DNA of 39,304 bases from Clostridiales bacterium (GTDB lineage Bacteria > Bacillota > Clostridia > Oscillospirales > CAG-272): positions 1 through 39,304 of the forward strand of contig SFNW01000004.1 of assembly GCA_004554105.1 (NCBI GenBank). The letters are read 5' to 3'. This document shows positions 15,836-25,626 of the stretch, piece after piece (within the stretch, counting starts at the first letter, position 1; every line of letters starts with the position of its first letter). The notes under the pieces were generated by a model. The model made no database searches, had not been told where the DNA came from, and saw only the letters and a program-made list of their open reading frames with translations. Position numbers and translations under genes: made by a program.

Positions 15836-15879
15836 TATAAAAAATACAAGGCAAGTTCACATACGAAAGGGAGTTTTCA

Positions 15880-18510
<2,631 letters not shown>

Positions 18511-18513
<3 letters not shown>

Positions 18514-18530
18514 ATAAATAAATAAATAAA
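18511..18530 (+). repeat. (TAAA)5 microsatellite starting at the ATPase stop codon
   Basis: taaataaataaataaataaa read directly. The first TAA is the stop codon. Confidence 0.9.
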
Positions 18531-18537
18531 AAACGTC

Positions 18538-18569
18538 GGGGGAAACTTTCGTGTACGAAAGTTTCCCCC
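18538..18569 (-). terminator. Perfect 14-bp palindromic hairpin, likely terminator of the minus-strand macro/SIR2 transcript
   Basis: gggggaaactttcg-tgta-cgaaagtttccccc. On the minus strand it is followed by the T-rich (TTTA)n run. Confidence 0.55.
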
Positions 18570-18633
18570 GAACCCCTTTCAAAGGACTTTGAAAAAAGGA
18601 AATCGGCTCGTTCCGAGTTAAGCGGAAGTGCCG

Positions 18634-18696
18634 AAAGGCGGTCGGGAAACCGACCGCCTTTTTGTTGGGATAGCCCCTCAAAATCCGCAAAAACTT
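18634..18696 (+). repeat. Left copy of the direct repeat bracketing the SIR2/macro islet (terminator hairpin plus short family D tail)
   Basis: aaaggcggtcgggaaaccgaccgcctttttgttgggat..cccctcaaaatccgcaaaaactt. Compare with 21600-21689. Confidence 0.6.
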
Positions 18697-18698
18697 GA

Positions 18699-19571
18699 TT
18701 ATGTCCCGACGGCGCAAATCACTTTGCCGATGTCGCCGTCGATGCAGACCGACCGTTTTGCAAGTTCGGCGGGGCAAAAGCATTCGTGCAGGTTCACGCA
18801 GGCATACACCGCTTTTGCGTTCGCCGCCGTCATCCGCCAAAACGGATATTTGATAATCCCGGGCGTGTTCATGCCGACGCCGAGTTCGAGAAACAAGATG
18901 TGCGCCTCTCCGTGGTGGCGAAGAAACGACGCATAACGGTTCGCCGCGGCATACCAACCCTCGTCCTGCACAAAGGTGTCGTCACAACGCAGATTCATCG
19001 TCATCGGCGCGCCGCATATCGGGCATTTCGGAATCAGTTCGGACGGAATCCGCATATCCGTTTGCCGTATGTACATCTGCCGCACGGCTTCTTCATTGTC
19101 GTAGGTTTTATTATGGCAAGACTTGGAGCATTGCCACAGACCGTAATCGCCTTGCGTGTAAAACAAGTGCTGTTTATCAAATCCCGCCCGCTGAAACTGA
19201 TGGTCAACATTTGTCGTCAGCACAAAATAGTCCTTGTTTTGCACAAGCGCCAGCAAGTCGGCGTAGGGTTTGCCGACCGGACAATCATATCGGTTTACAA
19301 GAATATGCCTTGACCACCACGCCCAGTATTCTTCAAGTGTGGCATAGGGGTAAAAACCGCCCGCATACATATCGGTTATGCCGTACTTTCGGTTAAAATC
19401 CGCAAAATACGTTTCAAACCGCTTCCCGCCGTAGGTCAGCCCCGCCGACGCGGAAAGTCCCGCGCCCGCGCCGATCACGACAGCATCGGCGCTTCGGATT
19501 TCTTCGCGCAGCCGTTTGATCCTATCCGAGAAGCCTTCGGTAGATTTCGTAGTCAAAATCTTTGAAAACAT
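18699..19571 (-). CDS. SIR2-family protein, class-M-like (SirTM-type, predicted protein ADP-ribosyltransferase)
   Basis: ORF track, 290 aa. Diagnostic sequence: GAGAGLSASAG (NAD-binding), LTTNVDHQFQRAG (catalytic region with His), and the zinc ribbon CSKSC..CPICG. The start overlaps the upstream macrodomain gene by 50 nt. Confidence 0.75.
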   Translation of the reverse strand: MFSKILTTKSTEGFSDRIKRLREEIRSADAVVIGAGAGLSASAGLTYGGKRFETYFADFNRKYGITDMYAGGFYPYATLEEYWAWWSRHILVNRYDCPVGKPYADLLALVQNKDYFVLTTNVDHQFQRAGFDKQHLFYTQGDYGLWQCSKSCHNKTYDNEEAVRQMYIRQTDMRIPSELIPKCPICGAPMTMNLRCDDTFVQDEGWYAAANRYASFLRHHGEAHILFLELGVGMNTPGIIKYPFWRMTAANAKAVYACVNLHECFCPAELAKRSVCIDGDIGKVICAVGT

Positions 19572-20295
19572 TGAATATCACCTCGAGTTTGCTGTTCGTC
19601 TGTGCCTGATAGTCCCGCACGGTTTTGATTGCGATTTCGGCGGCTCTCTCATTCGGAAAATGAAATTCGCCCGTAGAAATGCAGCAAAACGCGATGCTCC
19701 GTATATCCTCCCGTTCGGCGAGTTCCAAGCACGAACGGTAGCAGGAAGCGAGCAAGTCACAGTCCTGCTGTGTCAGTTTTCCGCTGACAATCGGTCCGAC
19801 TGTGTGGAGAACATATTTGCAGGGCAGATTGTAGGCTTTTGTCAGCTTTGCCCTGCCTACCGGCTCTGCGTACCCCTGCTTTTCCATAATCTCTGCACAT
19901 TCCAAGCGAAGCTGTATGCCCGCGTAGGTATGAATCGCGTTGTCAATGCAGCCGTGGCAAGGGCAAAAGCAGCCGAGCAGCCCCGCATTTGCTGCATTGA
20001 CAATCGCATCGCAGCGAAGCGTTGTAATATCCCCCTGCCACAAATAAATATCCTTTGCAATCGGAGAAAGCGCCGACAAATCGGTGATACCCTTTGACGC
20101 GATTTCTTCCCGCAGATACTCGTCCTGCACCTTTAGGAAATCCGCACAGGCAGCCTGCGGCGGGCGAAGATTCAGCAAAGCGCGCAGAAGCCGTTTTTGC
20201 TCTGTTTCCTCGCTCGGTATCTGGATTCCCTTGTACCGCGGCTGCTCCGCCGATAACCGTTGAATCAATTGGATTCTTCTTTCCGCCTGTGTCAT
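19522..20295 (-). CDS. Macrodomain protein (protein-ADP-ribose hydrolase, zinc-dependent subclass)
   Basis: ORF track, 257 aa. The macro core is GDITTLRCDAIVNAANAGLLGCFCPCHGCIDNAIH..HTVGP..CISTGEF. A Cys/His cluster (C.C.CH.C) is embedded in the core, and there is an ~80-aa N-terminal helical extension. Confidence 0.85.
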   Translation of the reverse strand: MTQAERRIQLIQRLSAEQPRYKGIQIPSEETEQKRLLRALLNLRPPQAACADFLKVQDEYLREEIASKGITDLSALSPIAKDIYLWQGDITTLRCDAIVNAANAGLLGCFCPCHGCIDNAIHTYAGIQLRLECAEIMEKQGYAEPVGRAKLTKAYNLPCKYVLHTVGPIVSGKLTQQDCDLLASCYRSCLELAEREDIRSIAFCCISTGEFHFPNERAAEIAIKTVRDYQAQTNSKLEVIFNVFKDFDYEIYRRLLG

Positions 20296-20307
20296 CGGAT
20301 TTCCTCT

Positions 20308-20937
20308 TTACTCGGAAACAACGCTGATACGCTGTTGAATATGGTTCCCGCTTACGGCTTCGTCAACCATGGCGATTGCATAGTCCGCATAGCTGATGAC
20401 ACTTTCACCCTTGGCGTTCAGCGTCAGCTCCTCGCCGCCGAGTATATACTTGCCCGTGCGCGCACCGTCCGCGCGGAAATCACCGGCAGGACTGATGAAG
20501 GTCCACTTGACGTCCTTTCTTGTTCTCAGCTCTTCAAGCGCTTTTCCCTGTGCGGCTGCAAGCGGCTTAAACATCTCGGGAAAGCCGGGACCGTCCATAA
20601 CCTGAACGGTATGCTCGGGGTTTACATACAAACTGCCTGCGCCGCCGACCACAAGCAGACGGGTATTCGTGCCGGAAAGAATATCGCACAGATGCTTCAA
20701 AGAAGTGCTGTGCTGCGAGAGGGTTTCTGCCGTCCATGCGCCGAAGGCGTCAACCACGACATCAAAGCCCGCCAAATCGGCGGCAGTCAAATCGAACAAG
20801 TCCTTGTTCAGCACATTCCGTGCCGCAGTCCGATTCTCTCCACGCACGACGGCGGTCACATCGAGTCCTCTGTCTGCGGCTTCCTTGACAATGAGCTTGC
20901 CTGCTTTTCCGTTTGCACAAACAACTGCAATTTTCAT
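20308..20937 (-). CDS. NAD(P)H-binding oxidoreductase (NmrA/YwnB-like atypical SDR)
   Basis: The ORF track frame starts at 21009. The start is set at ATG 20937 after AAGGAGGA. Diagnostic sequence: MKIAVVCANGKAGKLIVKEA. Confidence 0.8.
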   Translation of the reverse strand: MKIAVVCANGKAGKLIVKEAADRGLDVTAVVRGENRTAARNVLNKDLFDLTAADLAGFDVVVDAFGAWTAETLSQHSTSLKHLCDILSGTNTRLLVVGGAGSLYVNPEHTVQVMDGPGFPEMFKPLAAAQGKALEELRTRKDVKWTFISPAGDFRADGARTGKYILGGEELTLNAKGESVISYADYAIAMVDEAVSGNHIQQRISVVSE

Positions 20938-21175
20938 TTTCTGTTCCTCCTTGGTTTTGGTTCGGTCATTTCCGAAAGTTCTTGAATGTTCCTTTTTGTC
21001 TGCGAGCATCGGAGCGGCCGTTCCCCTAAGCTCGTCTTCATTATAGACCGCATCGTTTCTTTTGTAAAGTAAGCACTAATTTGTGCTGTAGTTACCGAAT
21101 CGAAACAATTGTGTATTCATGCGGCATTTCGGCATAAGAATTTTTTCAAAGCAGGCTGAATTTTGCTTTCGGGCA

Positions 21176-21204
21176 TTGACAAATTCGGGTGCGGGGCGTA
21201 CAAT
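21176..21204 (+). promoter_or_regulatory. Promoter of the HxlR-family gene with flanking inverted repeat
   Basis: TTGACA (21176-21181), 17-nt spacer, TACAAT (21199-21204). TTGACAA (21176-21182) and TTGTCAA (21209-21215) form an inverted repeat. A further palindrome, agcac-N6-gtgct, lies at 21072-21087. Confidence 0.45.
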
Positions 21205-21246
21205 TTAGTTGTCAAATCCTTTCGGAAATGCTTGAGGAGACATTTT

Positions 21247-21594
21247 ATGTGCGAACAAAAAACAATCAAGGAACTCCCCGCCTGCCCCGTGGAAACAACG
21301 CTGACCTTAATCGGCGACAAGTGGAAGGTTTTGATTCTGCGAGACTTGATGTCGGGGACAAAGCGGTTCGGCGAACTGAAAAAGTCTGTCGGCAGCGTGT
21401 CGCAAAAGGTTTTGACCGCGCAGCTTCGCGACATGGAAGCGAGCGGGCTGGTCAGCCGAAAAGTCTATGCAGAAGTGCCGCCGCGGGTAGAGTATTCCCT
21501 GACCGCGCTCGGGCAGAGCCTGAAGCCGATTCTCGATGCGATGTGGAGTTGGGGCGAGGATTACAAAGCGTCCAATCTTGCAAAATCCAAATAA
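21247..21594 (+). CDS. HxlR-family winged-helix transcriptional regulator
   Basis: The ORF track frame starts at 21163. The start is set at ATG 21247 after GAGGAG. Diagnostic sequence: CPVETTLTLIGDKWKVLILRDL..RFGELKK..SQKVLTAQLRDMEASGLV.RKVY.EVPPRVEYSLT. Confidence 0.9.
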   Translation: MCEQKTIKELPACPVETTLTLIGDKWKVLILRDLMSGTKRFGELKKSVGSVSQKVLTAQLRDMEASGLVSRKVYAEVPPRVEYSLTALGQSLKPILDAMWSWGEDYKASNLAKSK

Positions 21595-21599
21595 AGTGC

Positions 21600-21689
21600 A
21601 AAAGGCGGTCGGAAAATCCGATCGCCTTTTTTGTTGGAATGCAAATTGCGGGGCGTTGCCCCGCCCCTTCGAAACCCGCAAAAAACTTT
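21600..21689 (+). repeat. Right copy of the direct repeat bracketing the SIR2/macro islet (terminator hairpin plus family D tail D3)
   Basis: aaaaggcggtcggaaaatccgatcgccttttttgttggaat..gcggggcgttgccccgccccttcgaaacccgcaaaaaacttt. Confidence 0.6.
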
Positions 21690-21828
21690 ACAATGATTTA
21701 TATACCGTCCGCCCGACGAAGCCCGACGCCGCCACGAGCGCGGAAAACAGCGTTTCCGCCATTCCGCAGAAATAGGTGCAGCTGTTGCCGATGAAGAAAA
21801 TCCAATAAGTTTTTTCTTTCGTCAGCAT
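21688..21828 (-). CDS. Possible small hydrophobic protein (46 aa) downstream of ymdB
   Basis: An internal ATG at 21828 in ORF 21688..21930 is preceded by AAGGAGGA with 5-nt spacing, 11 nt after the ymdB stop. The product is MLTKEKTYWIFFIGNSCTYFCGMAETLFSALVAASGFVGRTVYKSL. No family was recognised. Confidence 0.35.
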   Translation of the reverse strand: MLTKEKTYWIFFIGNSCTYFCGMAETLFSALVAASGFVGRTVYKSL

Positions 21829-21838
21829 AGCGTCCTCC

Positions 21839-22603
21839 TTACAGTACAATCCGCTCGATTTTCTCGGCGCGTAGCCCGTTTGCCGTAATGCGTGCGCCGC
21901 GCAGGACAATTTTGCCTGTTGCGGGAACAAAGCGCTGCGGCAATCCGGTCGTAAAGCGGCGCAAAATCACGGCACGGTCTGTGCCGAGGACGCCGCCCTC
22001 GGGACCGCACATACCGAGGTCAGTCATGTATGCCGTGCCGCCCGCAAGCAGCTTTTCGTCGGCGGTCTGGACGTGCGTATGCGTACCGGCGACCGCCGTC
22101 ACCCTGCCGTCAAGGTAATAGCCGAGTGCTTCCTTTTCGGCGGTCGCCTCGCCGTGCAGGTCAACCAGTGCAAGGTCGTATTCGCCCTTGCGGCGGGAGA
22201 GAATGCGGTCAGCCGTCTCAAACGGGTTGCCGGCGTGTTCCATGCCCATCATGCCGACGAGATTCATCACGAGTACGCGCACGCCGCCGCAGTCGAACAC
22301 CGTGTCGCCGCAGCCCGGCGCGGCGGCGGGCAAATTCGCGGGACGCAGCACAAAGCGGCTGTCGTCCAGCAAGGTATAAATCGAACGGTTGTGCAGCGTG
22401 TGGTTGCCGCCGGTCAGCACATCGACGCCCGCGTCGAGCAGCCGTCCCGCGTCCTCGGCGGACAGCCCCATGATGCCGGTGGCGTTTTCGCCGTTGGCAA
22501 CAACCATGTCGCAGGCAAGCTCGCGCCGCAGTCCCCACAGCTTTTTGCAGAGCAAATCGACGGCATCGCCGCCGACAATGTCACCGAGCATTAAAATCTT
22601 CAT
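21839..22603 (-). CDS. ymdB: YmdB-like metallophosphoesterase (2',3'-cyclic-nucleotide 2'-phosphodiesterase family, TIGR00282)
   Basis: The ORF track frame starts at 22918. The start is set at ATG 22603 after GGAGGA. Diagnostic sequence: MKILMLGDIVG, ANGENATG, LTGGNH, DLHGEATAEK, GTHTHVQTAD. Confidence 0.9.
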   Translation of the reverse strand: MKILMLGDIVGGDAVDLLCKKLWGLRRELACDMVVANGENATGIMGLSAEDAGRLLDAGVDVLTGGNHTLHNRSIYTLLDDSRFVLRPANLPAAAPGCGDTVFDCGGVRVLVMNLVGMMGMEHAGNPFETADRILSRRKGEYDLALVDLHGEATAEKEALGYYLDGRVTAVAGTHTHVQTADEKLLAGGTAYMTDLGMCGPEGGVLGTDRAVILRRFTTGLPQRFVPATGKIVLRGARITANGLRAEKIERIVL

Positions 22604-22709
22604 CGTTCGCTCCTCCGATGCAAAGACAGGCTGCACAAGTGTGAGCGCACCGTGCAGCCTGCTGCTTTTTATGTTTATGCCACTATTAAGGCAAGGGCTC
22701 GGAAAAAAA

Positions 22710-22820
22710 GATGCAGAATCGTTGAAAGGCGCTTCGTCGCCGTACTTTGTACGGCAGAAGCGGCTTTCGGCGAGAGAAAAAGCAAAATTGCTTTTTCGGT
22801 CTGCGCTTTTTTTACAGCCC
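22710..22820 (+). repeat. Family C structured repeat, copy C1
   Basis: gatgcagaatcg, then a long imperfect hairpin (tcgttgaaaggcgcttcgtcgccgtac / gtacggcagaagcggctttcggcga), then hairpin aaaaagcaaaattgcttttt, then cggtctgcgc..acagccc. It matches 30763-30879. Confidence 0.7.
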
Positions 22821-22826
22821 ATGCGC

Positions 22827-24374
22827 TTATTTCGCAAAGTCGACCGTGCGGCTCTCGCGAATGAGATGCACCTTGATCTGCCCGGGATAATCCATCTCGC
22901 TCTCGATTTTCGACGCAATCTCGTGCGCCAAAACCGTCATCTGATCGTCCGAGACCTGCTCGGGCTTGACCATGACGCGAATCTCGCGTCCCGCCTGAAT
23001 CGCAAAGGTCTTTTCGACCCCCGAGAATCCGTTGGCAAGTTCTTCGAGCTTCTGCAGACGCTTGATGTAGTTCTCCAGATCCTCACGCCGTGCGCCGGGA
23101 CGTGCCGCCGAAATGGCGTCCGCCGCCTGTACGATAAACGCGGTCAGCGTCTCGGGCTCCACGTCGCCGTGGTGCGCCTCGATGGCGTTGATGACTTCGT
23201 GCGATTCCTTGTGCTTCTTCGCAACCTCTACGCCGAGCTGAATGTGCGAGCCCTCCGCCTCCTGCGTGAGTGCCTTGCCGATGTCATGCAAGAGACCCGC
23301 GCGCTTGGCGACCGTCACATCGGCGCCGAGTTCGCTTGCGAGAATGCCGGAGAGCAGCGAAACCTCGATGGAATGGCGCAGAACATTCTGCCCGTAGCTC
23401 GTGCGGTAACGCAGTCTGCCGAGCAGCTTGATAACGTCGGGGTGCAGACCGTGTACGCCGGTCTCAAAGGTTGCCTTTTCACCCGCCTGCTTGATGGTGG
23501 CGTCAACCTCGCGGCGTGCCTTTTCAACCATCTCTTCGATGCGCGCGGGGTGAATGCGCCCGTCGGCAATCAGCTTTTCAAGCGCGATGCGCGCGATTTC
23601 GCGGCGCACCGAGTCGAAGCCGGAGATCGTAATGACCTCGGGCGTGTCGTCGATGATGAGATCGACGCCGGTCAGCGTCTCGATGGCGCGAATGTTTCTG
23701 CCCTCACGTCCGATGATACGACCCTTCATGTCCTCGTTCGGGAGCTGAACGGTCGAAATCGTGATTTCACTGACATGGTCGGCAGCGCAGCGCTGGATAG
23801 CGGTCGAGAGAATATCCTTTGCCTTCTCCTCGGCTTCGTCCTTGAACTGCTCTTCAAAGTGTGCGATTTTAATCGCTTTTTCGTGCGTCAGTGCCGTCTC
23901 CATGCGGGAAAGCAGCTCGTCCCTTGCCTGCTCGCGCGTAAAGCCCGAAATGCGTTCGAGCATTGCGACGTGCGAGTCAAGGGTCTGCTGAATCTCCCCG
24001 CGGAGATCTTCCGTCTCTTTGATTTTCTGGTTCAGAAGTTCGTTCTTGTTTTCAATGGCTTCGGTCTTTGCGTCAAGCGATTCTTCCTTCTGCTGAATTC
24101 TGCGTTCCTGTCTGGAGACTTCCTTGCGGCGCTCCTTGAGTTCGTTCTCGGTATCCGTGCGAATTTTGAGAACTTCCTCTTTCGCCTCGAGCACGGCTTC
24201 CTTCTTCTTGCTCTCGGCGGTCTTAATCGCATCTTCAACAATTCTTGCCGCTTGCTCTTCCGCGCTGCCGATTTCCTTTTCGGCGACGCGCTGGCGATGA
24301 ATCGAACCGATCACCGCGCCAAGCAGCAATCCCACAACCAAGGCGACGGCACCGACTGCAATGTAAACTACCAT
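22827..24374 (-). CDS. rny: Ribonuclease Y
   Basis: The ORF track frame starts at 24650. The start is set at ATG 24374 after GAGGAGG. The protein has an N-terminal TM helix, a coiled coil, a KH domain and an HD domain (LLHDIGKA). Confidence 0.95.
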   Translation of the reverse strand: MVVYIAVGAVALVVGLLLGAVIGSIHRQRVAEKEIGSAEEQAARIVEDAIKTAESKKKEAVLEAKEEVLKIRTDTENELKERRKEVSRQERRIQQKEESLDAKTEAIENKNELLNQKIKETEDLRGEIQQTLDSHVAMLERISGFTREQARDELLSRMETALTHEKAIKIAHFEEQFKDEAEEKAKDILSTAIQRCAADHVSEITISTVQLPNEDMKGRIIGREGRNIRAIETLTGVDLIIDDTPEVITISGFDSVRREIARIALEKLIADGRIHPARIEEMVEKARREVDATIKQAGEKATFETGVHGLHPDVIKLLGRLRYRTSYGQNVLRHSIEVSLLSGILASELGADVTVAKRAGLLHDIGKALTQEAEGSHIQLGVEVAKKHKESHEVINAIEAHHGDVEPETLTAFIVQAADAISAARPGARREDLENYIKRLQKLEELANGFSGVEKTFAIQAGREIRVMVKPEQVSDDQMTVLAHEIASKIESEMDYPGQIKVHLIRESRTVDFAK

Positions 24375-24518
24375 TGCAGCGTACCTCCTCGTTCTTTTCG
24401 GGAAATTATGCAAACCCCGTTTTGCCAAGGCAAAGCGGGGAATACCTGCACGTTGTTTATTATACAATATTTTTAGGTACGGTGTCAAGACGCTCGCCGA
24501 ATTCTTTTCCGAAATCGG

Positions 24519-24547
24519 TTGCAAAAGCGGCAAAAAAACGCTATAAT
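24519..24547 (+). promoter_or_regulatory. Promoter of pdxK
   Basis: TTGCAA (24519-24524), 17-nt spacer, TATAAT (24542-24547). Confidence 0.55.
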
Positions 24548-24579
24548 GGGAGAGTAAAAACGAAAGTGAGGTGTGCCGT

Positions 24580-25455
24580 ATGAATCCGTCCCCCGTGCGC
24601 CGCGTGGCGGCAATGCACGACCTTTCCTGCTTCGGGCGGTGCGCGCTCACCGTCGTGATTCCCGCCCTCTCCGCGCTCGGCGTGCAGGTTTTGCCGCTGC
24701 CGACCGCCCTGCTCTCGACGCATACCGGCGGCTTTGAGGGCTACAGCTTTGAGGATCTGACCCCCTCGCTGTGCAAAATCGCCGACCATTGGGAAAGCCT
24801 CGGCATTCGTCCCGACGCAGTCTATACCGGCTTTCTTTCGGGTGCGCCGCAGTGCGATTTTATCGAGGATTTTCTTCGTCGCTTTGCGTCGGACGATACG
24901 CTGACGCTGATTGACCCCGTGCTGGGTGACGACGGCGTGCTTTATTCCGCCTGCACGCCCGCGCTTGTCGAGCGAATGCGCACGCTCTGCACGCACGCCG
25001 ACATCATCGTGCCGAATCTGACCGAAGCCTGCCTGCTCTGCGATACTCCCTACCCCGACACCGCGAAAATGTCCCCCGCCGCGCTCAGCGCGTATATTTC
25101 GGACTTGCTCGACCGCCTGACCGCGCTCGGTCCGCGCCGCGTGGTCATCACCGGCATCGTCACCGACCGCGAAAGCGGCGTTTCCACCGCGGGACTCGAC
25201 CGCACCGAGACCTCGCTCGACCGCTCGCCCTTTTTCGTCAATCTGCGCAGAGTCGGCGGCTCTTATCCCGGCACGGGCGACCTGTTTGCCTGCGTCCTGC
25301 TCGGCAAGCTGCTGACCGGCACGCAGTTTCCCGCCGCAGTTGCCGCCGCCAGCGCCTTTGTCCGCGACGTCATCGACTATTCGGCGAAATTCGACACCCC
25401 GCACCGCGACGGCGTCCTGCTCGAGCCCTGCCTGCGACGGCTCGCCGAGATGTGA
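24580..25455 (+). CDS. pdxK: Pyridoxal/pyridoxamine kinase (PfkB ribokinase superfamily)
   Basis: The ORF track frame starts at 24571. The ATG is at 24580. Diagnostic sequence: [26 protein letters not shown], and GTGDLFA near the C-terminus. Confidence 0.85.
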   Translation: MNPSPVRRVAAMHDLSCFGRCALTVVIPALSALGVQVLPLPTALLSTHTGGFEGYSFEDLTPSLCKIADHWESLGIRPDAVYTGFLSGAPQCDFIEDFLRRFASDDTLTLIDPVLGDDGVLYSACTPALVERMRTLCTHADIIVPNLTEACLLCDTPYPDTAKMSPAALSAYISDLLDRLTALGPRRVVITGIVTDRESGVSTAGLDRTETSLDRSPFFVNLRRVGGSYPGTGDLFACVLLGKLLTGTQFPAAVAAASAFVRDVIDYSAKFDTPHRDGVLLEPCLRRLAEM

Positions 25456-25470
25456 AGTCATAAACTACAG

Positions 25471-25496
25471 AAAAAACCGCCCGAAGGCGGTTTTTT
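25471..25496. terminator. Bidirectional terminator between pdxK and the metal ATPase
   Basis: aaaaaaccgcc-cgaa-ggcggtttttt. Confidence 0.6.
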
Positions 25497-25543
25497 CCTT
25501 GTTCTAAGCAACGAGACGGCGGGAGCAAGCCCCCGTTTTCCCG

Positions 25544-25614
25544 AAAGTTTTTGCGGATTCTAAAGGCGCTTTTTACAAAAAGCACCTTAAGCGGGGCGCG
25601 GGGCGGCGCCCCGC
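25544..25614 (-). repeat. Family D repeat, full-length copy D4 (reverse orientation)
   Basis: The reverse complement reads gcggggcgccgccccgcgccccgc ttaaggtgctttttgtaaaaagcgccttt agaatccgcaaaaacttt. Confidence 0.7.
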
Positions 25615-25626
25615 AACGTTTTTCTC

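Noticed and set aside
22389-24476. A 695-aa ORF on the + strand spanning ymdB and rny, plus similar large shadow ORFs at 26410..27750 + and 30943..32409 +.
   Set aside because: These are antisense to RNase Y, the metal ATPase and the histidine kinase, all of which have unambiguous catalytic motifs. The shadow ORFs have no RBS and no recognisable domains.
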